Of a DNA stretch of 37,672 bases, positions 15,027-22,943 are shown piece after piece. Under the pieces are notes generated by a model, which was given only the letters and a program-made list of their open reading frames with translations, was not told the origin of the DNA and ran no database searches. The stretch is from Woeseia sp. (lineage in GTDB: Bacteria; Pseudomonadota; Gammaproteobacteria; Steroidobacterales; Woeseiaceae), in the NCBI GenBank assembly GCA_041624755.1, contig JBFJUJ010000001.1, positions 1-37,672 of the forward strand, given 5' to 3'. The position numbers were made by a program, and so were the translations under genes. The number at the start of each line of letters is the position of its first letter. The first letter of the stretch is position 1.

Positions 15027-16877
15027 TCAGAACATCTCGCTGGGGCCGGGTTCCTCGTCGCTGGGCTTCTCCCGGCTTTCGATGAAATCGCCGGTGATCA
15101 TCTTGTCGTAGCTCTGGCCCGGACCGACCATCGGGTACACGCCCGCATCCGGATCGATGATCACCTCGAGGAACGCCGGGCCGGGGAAGCGGACGAACTC
15201 CGCGATCGTCGATTCCAGGTCTTCCTTGCGGTCGAGACGCCGCGCGAACTCGAAGCCGTCCGCTTCGGCCGTCTTGACGAAATCCTTGCGATGCAGCGAC
15301 TTGTCACTCGCGGACATGCGTCCCTTGTAATACAGCTTCTGCCACTGGCGCACCATGCCGTCGCCGTAGTTGTTGAGCACGACGATCTTGACCGGCAGCT
15401 TGTAGGTCGTGGCCGTCTCGAGCTCGCCGATATTCATGCGCATGCTGGCGTCGCCGTCGATGTCGATGACCAGCCGGCCCGGTTTGGCGAACTGCGCGCC
15501 GATCGCTGCGGGCAGGCCGAAGCCCATCGTCCCCATGCTGCCGGACGTCAGCCACAGCCGCGGCTCGCGGAAATCGAAATACTGTGCCGCCCACATCTGG
15601 TGCTGGCCGACGCCCGTGGTGATGATCGCCTCGCCGCCGGCGTTGCGATTGAGCTCCTCGATCACGGCGTAGGGCTGTATCAGCTCGCTGTCGCGGTCGT
15701 AGTTGAGCCGGTGGCGCTCCTTGAGCGCGGCGATCTCGGCATGCCAGCGGCTGTATTCCTTCGCGAAGCCGATGCGGCGACCGTAATCGAGCAGCTCCTC
15801 CAGGTCGCGCTCGAGTACGCCCACGTGATGCCAGCCGACGCTCTTGACCTTGCCGATCTCCGAGACGTCGACGTCGAAATGTGCAATATGCCGGGCCCGC
15901 GGCGCGAAGTTGACCGGGTCGCCGGCCACCCGGTCGTCGAAGCGCGCGCCGACCGCGATCAGGAAGTCGCAGTCCTCGACGGCGTAGTTGGCGAACGCGG
16001 TGCCGTGCATGCCGAGCATGTGCAGCGACAGCGGATGCGTGGTATCGCTCGCGCCGAGACCCATCAGGGTCGTCGCGACCGGTATGCCCCAGGCGTTTGC
16101 GAAGTGCCGGAGCGCCTTCGTCGCGTTGCCGTTGATGACGCCGCCCCCCGCATAGATCAACGGCCGTTCGGAGGCCGCGAGCATGCCGTAGAAGCGTTCG
16201 CAGGCCTCCGTGCTCAGGCGATTGTCGATGACAGCCTGCAGCCGGTTGCGATAGCCCGTCAGTTCCAGCGAGCCGTTGCCCCGGAAATCGCCCGTCCAGT
16301 TCTGGACGTCCTTGGGGATGTCGATGACGACGGGCCCCGGGCGCCCGGTGCGCGCGAGCTCGAAGGCGGTACGGACCGTGGCCTCGAGACGCGTCGGGTC
16401 AGTGACCAGGAAAACGTGCTTCGCGACCGCGCCCATGATCGCGGCCACCGGCGCCTCCTGGAAAGCGTCGGTGCCGATCGCATGCGTCGGCACCTGCCCG
16501 CAGATGACGACGATCGGCACGGAGTCGGCCATGCAGTCGCGCACCGGCGTGACCGTGTTGGTCGCCCCGGGTCCCGAGGTCACCATGACCACACCGACGC
16601 GGCCGCTCGCGCGGGCATAGCCGGCCGCCATGAAGCCGGCGCCCTGTTCGTTGGCCGGCACGATCAGCGGTATCGCGGGGCTGCCGTCGCTCCTGCGATG
16701 CTGGTCGTTGTAGCGGAAGACCGCGTCGTACGTGGGGAGGATCGCACCGCCCGAGTAGCCGAAGATCGTATCGACACCCTCGTCGGCGAGGACCTGGATG
16801 ACGATGTCCGCACCGGTCATCTCCGTGCCGGCGAGCGGGTGCACCGTAGGGGAGGAGGCGGGTTGCCTGATACTCAT
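15027..16877 (-). CDS. ilvB: Acetolactate synthase, large catalytic subunit
   Basis: FGYSGGAILP, NEQGAGFMA, TSGPGATN, GVGQHQMW, GTMGFGLPAAIGA and the TPP motif GDAS...NN. Start probably ATG 16877. Confidence 0.93.
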   Translation of the reverse strand: MSIRQPASSPTVHPLAGTEMTGADIVIQVLADEGVDTIFGYSGGAILPTYDAVFRYNDQHRRSDGSPAIPLIVPANEQGAGFMAAGYARASGRVGVVMVTSGPGATNTVTPVRDCMADSVPIVVICGQVPTHAIGTDAFQEAPVAAIMGAVAKHVFLVTDPTRLEATVRTAFELARTGRPGPVVIDIPKDVQNWTGDFRGNGSLELTGYRNRLQAVIDNRLSTEACERFYGMLAASERPLIYAGGGVINGNATKALRHFANAWGIPVATTLMGLGASDTTHPLSLHMLGMHGTAFANYAVEDCDFLIAVGARFDDRVAGDPVNFAPRARHIAHFDVDVSEIGKVKSVGWHHVGVLERDLEELLDYGRRIGFAKEYSRWHAEIAALKERHRLNYDRDSELIQPYAVIEELNRNAGGEAIITTGVGQHQMWAAQYFDFREPRLWLTSGSMGTMGFGLPAAIGAQFAKPGRLVIDIDGDASMRMNIGELETATTYKLPVKIVVLNNYGDGMVRQWQKLYYKGRMSASDKSLHRKDFVKTAEADGFEFARRLDRKEDLESTIAEFVRFPGPAFLEVIIDPDAGVYPMVGPGQSYDKMITGDFIESREKPSDEEPGPSEMF

Positions 16878-17023
16878 GTCGTCGCCATGACCGGTGGAAC
16901 GGGCTTCGCTTCGAGTGTTTACTAATCCCGGTTGCATTGCAATACTGGCGCCGCGGGGCGCACGGCGGCGCGCGCGCCCCGCAGTTCGCGGCTAATCGAT
17001 CACGCCGACCGGAAAGAATCCCG

Positions 17024-17545
17024 ATGCGACACGTCATTTCCGTATTGCTGCAGAACGAGGTCGGTGCGCTGACGCGCATGACGGGCCTGTTCTCCACGCG
17101 CGGCTACAACATCGATACGCTGAACGTTGCTCCGACGCAGGTCGAATCCGTGTCGCGCGTCACGCTCGCCGTCAGCGGTTCCGATTCCGCGATCGCCCAG
17201 CTCAATACCCAGCTCGCCAAACTCGTCGACGTCGTCAACATCCACGACATGACCCTGGGTGAACATTTCGAGCGCGAACTCGTCATGGTGAAACTGAAGC
17301 TCGGCACGGGCGGCTTCGCCGAGGCGGAGAAACTGGCAGCGTCGTTCGGCGCGGAAATACTCGATGACTCCGCCATCGCCTGTACGCTGCAGCTGACCGG
17401 TAAGCCGAAGGAAGTCGATGCCTTCGTCAGCGCGGCGGCGTCGATCGGCACGCTCGCCGCGGTCGCTCGCAGCGGCAGCGTCGCCGTTTCGAAAGGCGAG
17501 ATCACGCTGTCGAGTTTCTCCCAGCAGCATCGACTGACGGGTTGA
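17024..17545 (+). CDS. ilvN: Acetolactate synthase, small regulatory subunit (IlvH/IlvN)
   Basis: MRHVISVLLQNEVGALTRMTGLFSTRGYNIDTLNV, QLAKLVDV, ERELVMVK and ARSG. Confidence 0.92.
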   Translation: MRHVISVLLQNEVGALTRMTGLFSTRGYNIDTLNVAPTQVESVSRVTLAVSGSDSAIAQLNTQLAKLVDVVNIHDMTLGEHFERELVMVKLKLGTGGFAEAEKLAASFGAEILDDSAIACTLQLTGKPKEVDAFVSAAASIGTLAAVARSGSVAVSKGEITLSSFSQQHRLTG

Positions 17546-17594
17546 TGCGCGCGGGGGGCCACTACGGCGCACTGCGTGACATCGGCTACGCGAG

Positions 17595-19175
17595 GTGACC
17601 GGCACCGGCGAGCATTACGATGTCGTCATCGTCGGTGGCGGCATCAACGGCGCCGGCATCGCACGCGATGCCGCGCTGCGGGGGCTCTCCACGCTGCTCC
17701 TGGAGGCAGCGGACTTCGGTAGCGGCACCAGCAGCTGGTCGAGCCGGCTGATCCACGGCGGGCTGCGTTACCTGGAATACGGCGAGCTGCCGCTGGTCTA
17801 CGAGTCGCTTCACGAACGTCGCAACCTGCTGCGTATCGCGCCGCACCTCGTCAGGCCGCTCAGGCTGCTGATCCCGCTGTTCCGCGGCGGCGGGCGGCCG
17901 CCGTGGCTCGTGCGGCTCGGTATGGTGGCCTACGACCTGCTGTCGCTGGGCAAGTCGCTGCCGCGGCACCGCATGCTGAGCGTCGCGGACGTCGTCGAGC
18001 TGGCGCCCGGCATAGCGACCGACGGGCTCAAGGGCGGCGCAAGCTACTTCGATGCGCAGGCCACCTTCGTCGAGCGCCTCGTCATAGAGAACGTGCTGTC
18101 GGCGGCGGCCGCCGGCGCGACGGTAAAGAACTACTGCCGCGCGCTGTCGCTCGAGTCGCGAGCCGGCAGCCTGCCCGTCCTGCGCTACCGCGACGAATCC
18201 GCCGATACGCAGGCGAGCGTCGAGGCTCGCTGCATCGTCAACGCCGCCGGTCCGTGGGTCGATCGCGTTCTCGAGAAGGCGGACCGGGCGATGCCGCGGC
18301 TCATCGGCGGCACCAAGGGCAGCCATATCATCGTCGACGAATTCGACGGCGCGCCGCGCGTCGCCTGCTACGTCGAGGCAGCGGCCGACGACCGACCGGT
18401 CTTCATCATCCCCTGGAACGGCCAGTTCCTGATCGGCACGACCGACATCCGCTACGACGGCGATCCCGCCGAGGCGCGCGCCGAGCCGGCGGAGGTGACC
18501 TACCTGCTGGACACGGTCAACGCGGTGTTTCCCTCGGCAGGCCTGCGGCCGAACGACGTCAATTTCGCCTACTCCGGCGTGCGCCCGCTGCCGCACGTCG
18601 AGAAAGGGCCGGAATCGGCCATCACCCGGCGCCACATCGTGCATCGGCACGAGGGCAACGGGCTCCTGTCCATCGTCGGCGGCAAGCTGACGACGTTTCG
18701 CAGTCTCGCCGAGCAGGTCGTCGATCGCATCGAGCGCGACCTCGGGCGCCGCCCCACGCGCTGCGATACCGGGCACCTGCCGCTGCCGGGCGGCGGCGAG
18801 GCGAGGTTCGCGGGAGCGCTCGGCGACCTCGCCCCGAAGGTCCGAGAGCGCCTGGCGCAGCTCTATGGCGGGCGCTGTTCGCGGCTGGCCGAACTCTGCG
18901 AGGGGCAGCCCGCCCTGGCCGCAGTCATCGACGAACGGCACGGGATCATCGCCGCCGAGGTCGTCATGGCGCTGCGCGACGAGTTCGCGCGGACGCTGAC
19001 CGATATCATGCACCGCCGAATCATGGTCGGCCTTTCCGCCGATCTCGGCGCGTCGGCCGCGGGCGCGGTGCTGGCGGCTGCCGCGGCGGAGACGGGCTGG
19101 GACGACGCGGCGCAGCGGGAAGAGCTCGCGGCGCTGGAACGCTACAACCGGCGCCTGCAGCCCTTGCCGGGCTGA
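17595..19175 (+). CDS. glpD: FAD-dependent glycerol-3-phosphate dehydrogenase/oxidase
   Basis: VGGGINGAGIARDAALRG, GTSSWSSRLIHGGLRYLE, VNAAGPW, KGSHI, GVRPL and GGKLTTFR. Confidence 0.92.
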   Translation: MTGTGEHYDVVIVGGGINGAGIARDAALRGLSTLLLEAADFGSGTSSWSSRLIHGGLRYLEYGELPLVYESLHERRNLLRIAPHLVRPLRLLIPLFRGGGRPPWLVRLGMVAYDLLSLGKSLPRHRMLSVADVVELAPGIATDGLKGGASYFDAQATFVERLVIENVLSAAAAGATVKNYCRALSLESRAGSLPVLRYRDESADTQASVEARCIVNAAGPWVDRVLEKADRAMPRLIGGTKGSHIIVDEFDGAPRVACYVEAAADDRPVFIIPWNGQFLIGTTDIRYDGDPAEARAEPAEVTYLLDTVNAVFPSAGLRPNDVNFAYSGVRPLPHVEKGPESAITRRHIVHRHEGNGLLSIVGGKLTTFRSLAEQVVDRIERDLGRRPTRCDTGHLPLPGGGEARFAGALGDLAPKVRERLAQLYGGRCSRLAELCEGQPALAAVIDERHGIIAAEVVMALRDEFARTLTDIMHRRIMVGLSADLGASAAGAVLAAAAAETGWDDAAQREELAALERYNRRLQPLPG

Positions 19176-19229
19176 GCGCGATCCGCACCGGGCGACGCGG
19201 CTGGCCGCGGCGCGACGATCCCTTAGCGG

Positions 19230-19430
19230 TCAGGCGCCGCGGTCGACGATCAGCCGCGGACCGCTGCGGCCGAAGACGTGCTTCGTGAAGACGCCGTAGA
19301 CGTGTCCGCAGTCGGCGCAGTGCGCGATGAAGAACCAGGGCGCGTTGTCGCGCGACTTCTCGTCGCTCGCCGTCGACACGATCTTGTCACTGCCGCTTGC
19401 GGCGCATTCCGGGCATCGGGGTTCGGCCAT
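19230..19430 (-). CDS. Small zinc-ribbon protein (66 aa)
   Basis: AGGAG upstream of ATG 19430. MAEPRCPEC...HCADCGHVYGVF carries two CxxC pairs. It is the tail of track ORF 19230..20588. Confidence 0.75.
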   Translation of the reverse strand: MAEPRCPECAASGSDKIVSTASDEKSRDNAPWFFIAHCADCGHVYGVFTKHVFGRSGPRLIVDRGA

Positions 19431-19493
19431 GGGTCGTCGCTCCTGTCTCGGCTGGTTCCTGGGCACCGCGGGCAGCGGCGGCGGTGCCGGCTC

Positions 19494-19501
19494 ATTATAA
19501 T
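19494..19501. promoter_or_regulatory. Symmetric -10 element (ATTATAAT) between divergent genes
   Basis: Perfect TATAAT on both strands within a GC-rich divergent spacer. No good -35 was found. Confidence 0.45.
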
Positions 19502-19583
19502 TCGGCCCGCATGCAAATCCGCGGCGGATCGCGGCCCGGCAGATGCGCCGTGCCGGCCGTAGCGAAAACAGAAAGGCCCGCCT

Positions 19584-21818
19584 ATGACCACGAAGACCAT
19601 CCTCACCTGGCTGCTGGCCGGCCTGGCGCTGTTGCCGGCCGCGCCACCCGCTTTCGCGCAGGACGCGGCCGACGAGCGGCCGCGTATCGGCCTCGTGCTG
19701 GGCGGCGGCGGCGCGCGCGGTGCCGCACACATCGGCGTGCTGCGCGAGCTCGAACGCCTGCAGGTCCCGGTCCACGCGATCGTCGGCACCAGCATGGGCG
19801 CCATCGTGGGCGGGCTGTACGCCGCCGGCCGGACGCCTGCCGAACTCGAGGAGCTGATCCTGTCGCTCGACTGGCGCGATTCGCTGCGCGACAAGCCGGG
19901 GCGGCGCGAGCTGCCGTTCCGCCGCAAGCAGGACGACGCGGCCTATCCGATCCAGTTCGAGCTCGGCCTGCGCGATGGCCGTCTGACCATGCCGCGCGGC
20001 CTCGTCCAGGGCCAGCGGCTCGGCAACGTGCTCCATGAAATGACCGCATCGACCGCAGGGATTCGGGATTTCGACCGCTTGCCGATCCCGTTTCGCGCGG
20101 TGGCCTCGGACATCGGCAGCGGCGAGGCCTTCGTCATGGGCGACGGCGACCTGACCGCGACGCTGCGCGCCAGCATGTCGGTGCCGGGCGTGTTCGCGCC
20201 GGTAGAAATCGACGGCCGCTCGCTGGTCGACGGCGGGCTGGTCGGCAACCTGCCGATCGAGATCACCCGCGAAACGCGCTTCGACGGACACGCAGTGGAC
20301 GTGATCATCGCGGTCGACGTCGAGTTTCCGCTTTACGAACCCGGGCAGCTCGATACCGCGGTCGACATCTCCGCGCAGATGCTGACGATCCTGATCCGCA
20401 AGGAAACGCTGCGGCAGATCGACATGCTCCGCGAGCGCGACATCCTGATCCGTCCGGAACTCGGGCAGTTCGGTTCCAGCGACTTTGCGCACATTGGCGA
20501 GGCGGTGGAGCCGGGGGCCGCCGCGGTGCGTGAACTCGAGGGCGCGCTGCGCAGGCTCTCGCTGCCGGACGACGCCTGGCGGCAGCACCTTGCCGGCCGC
20601 AGCGCGGACAGGAGGCCGCCCCGCGAGATCGACTTCGTGCGCATCGCCGAGTCCGGGCCGCTGACCGCGCAGGCGCTCGAATCGCGGCTGTCCACGCAGG
20701 CCGGCGACCTGCTCGATACCGGCAGGCTCGCGTCAGACACGGCCGAGATCTACGCCCTGGATCTCTACGAGCGAGTCGACTACGAGATTGTCGAGGAGGA
20801 TGGGATGACCGGCGTCGTGTTTCGCGCGACGCCGAAATCCTGGGGCCCCAACTACCTGCGCTTCGGCCTCAATCTCGAGGACGACTTCGAGGGCACGACG
20901 TCCTTCAACCTGTCGACGCGCCTGACGCGTACCGGCGTGAACAGGCTGGGTGCCGAATGGCGCAGCGACCTGCAGTTCGGTACCGAGCCGCAGCTGGTCT
21001 CCGAGTTCTATCAGCCGTTCGATTTCGACGCGCGCTACTTCGTGGCGCCGCGCATCGACCTGAGTCAGCGCAATCTGCGCACGTTCTCCGGGGATACCCG
21101 CATCGCGCGTTACCGCCTGAACGAGACCGAGGTCGGCATCGACGGCGGCCGCGAGCTGGGACGCTGGGGCGAATTCCGCATCGGCGCGTTCCGCGGCACC
21201 GGCAACGCACGCCTGAAACTGGGAGATCCGACGCTGCCGGACATCGACTTCGAGACCGGCGGTTTCTTTGCCCGCTTCGCCGTCGATACGCTCGACGATG
21301 CACAGATACCCCTGACGGGAACGCGCTTCGACCTGCGCTGGCACATGTCGCGGCCCGGCATGGGCGCCGACAACGAATTCGACAGTCTCGAGACCGACTT
21401 CGTTTCAGTCGGCACCCGCGGTCGTCACAGCCTGCTGTTCGGCGTGAGCTTCAGCACGACGCTGGAGACGGACAACCAGGTGCAGAATTTCTTCCCGCTC
21501 GGCGGCTTCCTGCGCATGTCGGGCCTCTCAAGGGGCGAGATCAGCGGACCGCACGCCGGCGTGGCGCGGCTCGTCTGGTACCGGCGCTCGGGCGAGACCG
21601 GCGGCGGCCTGTTCGAAGTACCGCTGTACCTGGGCGCCTCGATCGAGGCCGGCAACGTCTGGCAACGGCGCTCGGACATCAGCAGCGGCTCGCTCTTGAT
21701 GAACGGCAGCGTGTTCGTCGGTCTCGATACCTATTTCGGCCCGCTGTACATCGCCGCGGGACTCGCCGAACGCGGCAGGAGCAATTTCTACCTCGCGCTG
21801 GGGGCACCGCCGCCGTAG
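19584..21818 (+). CDS. Patatin-like phospholipase with POTRA and beta-barrel (PlpD-like, type Vd)
   Basis: Signal peptide, GGGGARG, GTSMG and DGG catalytic motifs, a POTRA-like segment, then amphipathic beta strands and FPLGGFLRMSG. Confidence 0.88.
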   Translation: MTTKTILTWLLAGLALLPAAPPAFAQDAADERPRIGLVLGGGGARGAAHIGVLRELERLQVPVHAIVGTSMGAIVGGLYAAGRTPAELEELILSLDWRDSLRDKPGRRELPFRRKQDDAAYPIQFELGLRDGRLTMPRGLVQGQRLGNVLHEMTASTAGIRDFDRLPIPFRAVASDIGSGEAFVMGDGDLTATLRASMSVPGVFAPVEIDGRSLVDGGLVGNLPIEITRETRFDGHAVDVIIAVDVEFPLYEPGQLDTAVDISAQMLTILIRKETLRQIDMLRERDILIRPELGQFGSSDFAHIGEAVEPGAAAVRELEGALRRLSLPDDAWRQHLAGRSADRRPPREIDFVRIAESGPLTAQALESRLSTQAGDLLDTGRLASDTAEIYALDLYERVDYEIVEEDGMTGVVFRATPKSWGPNYLRFGLNLEDDFEGTTSFNLSTRLTRTGVNRLGAEWRSDLQFGTEPQLVSEFYQPFDFDARYFVAPRIDLSQRNLRTFSGDTRIARYRLNETEVGIDGGRELGRWGEFRIGAFRGTGNARLKLGDPTLPDIDFETGGFFARFAVDTLDDAQIPLTGTRFDLRWHMSRPGMGADNEFDSLETDFVSVGTRGRHSLLFGVSFSTTLETDNQVQNFFPLGGFLRMSGLSRGEISGPHAGVARLVWYRRSGETGGGLFEVPLYLGASIEAGNVWQRRSDISSGSLLMNGSVFVGLDTYFGPLYIAAGLAERGRSNFYLALGAPPP

Positions 21819-21840
21819 CGGAGGATGCCGCGCGGGCGGG

Positions 21841-22089
21841 CTAGCGGACGATCTTCTCGAGGACCTGCGTCGGCGTGTCCGTCTTGCGGTAGTAGCCGTG
21901 GCGCGTCGCGAGCTGCTCGTAGGCGCGATCGCGTTCTTCCTCGGTCGCGTACCAGCGCACGCGCTCCCAGTCGTCGCCGAGCAGCCGCGTGAAGGTGTCG
22001 CCCTCCGGCAGCCTTATGCGGACGCCGTACTTGCGCTCGGCGCCCGCTTTTTCGGGCTCGACCAGGTTATGCGGATGGCAGTATTTCAT
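21841..22089 (-). CDS. Hypothetical protein (82 aa)
   Basis: Plausible protein filling the gap, with a TATACT -10 on the minus strand at 22132-22137. Confidence 0.7.
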   Translation of the reverse strand: MKYCHPHNLVEPEKAGAERKYGVRIRLPEGDTFTRLLGDDWERVRWYATEEERDRAYEQLATRHGYYRKTDTPTQVLEKIVR

Positions 22090-22183
22090 CGTGCGTCTCG
22101 GTACGTCTCGGCAGGCATTGCGGGGACCGCCAGTATAGCGCGGATGACGCGCCGCTCCTCGCGACCGCGGTGCTGTCCGTCGG

Positions 22184-22864
22184 CTAGCGGCCGCGCCGGG
22201 CCTCGTCGCCCGCCGCGTGCCGGTCGCCCGCGCCTTCCCGGTCCGCCCAGCCGAGCAGGCGGCGCGTCACGAACAGGTACAGGCGCTTGCCGCTCGCCAT
22301 CCACAGCCGCGACGGCAGCGACGGGGTCGCGAGTATCCGGCGTTCGCGGGCGGTCAGGCGCTCCGGGCAGTAGGTGCGCTTGTGCTTCAGCAGGTGCCTC
22401 AAGTCTTCCCGGGCCAGCAGTCGGAACAGGCGGCCGCGGCGCGGCGCAAACCAGGCGAGCTGGAAGTCTATGAAGGCCGGAGCGCCTTCCGCGGTGACCA
22501 GCAGGTTCGGTTCCTTGGCCAGGTCGTTGTGCACGATCCCGCGCCGGTGCAGCCTGCACAGCAGCCGGAACGCCGCGCGAAAATAGTCGGCCCCCGTCGG
22601 CCGCGCCTCGAACATCGGCCGGCCGTCGAGATAGCCGCGTTCGAGGCGGTCGCGGTCCCAGCAGAGGAGTTCGGGCACGCCGTCGAGCCCGTCGGCCGCC
22701 GCCAGGGCGCGCGCCTCGCGCGCCAGCAGTCGCCGCGCGATCCAGCGGGTCCATACCGGTGACACCGAGGTATCGCGGACGATGCGCACGCCGTCGTCCG
22801 CCGCGACCAGCAGGACGCGACCGAACAGGTCCTGTTTGAGCAGTTTCTGCGCCGTTCCGGTCAT
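22184..22864 (-). CDS. RIO1/Kdo-WaaP-like Ser/Thr kinase-fold protein
   Basis: Catalytic loop HNDLAKEPNLL, IDFQLA and alphaC REARAL. ATG at 22864. Confidence 0.82.
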   Translation of the reverse strand: MTGTAQKLLKQDLFGRVLLVAADDGVRIVRDTSVSPVWTRWIARRLLAREARALAAADGLDGVPELLCWDRDRLERGYLDGRPMFEARPTGADYFRAAFRLLCRLHRRGIVHNDLAKEPNLLVTAEGAPAFIDFQLAWFAPRRGRLFRLLAREDLRHLLKHKRTYCPERLTARERRILATPSLPSRLWMASGKRLYLFVTRRLLGWADREGAGDRHAAGDEARRGR

Positions 22865-22943
22865 CCTCGCGCCTGCCGCACGCCGCCGTCGCGGTCGGGG
22901 TACACTCCGCAGGATACACCACCGGTGCGGCAGGCAGGTGCGC

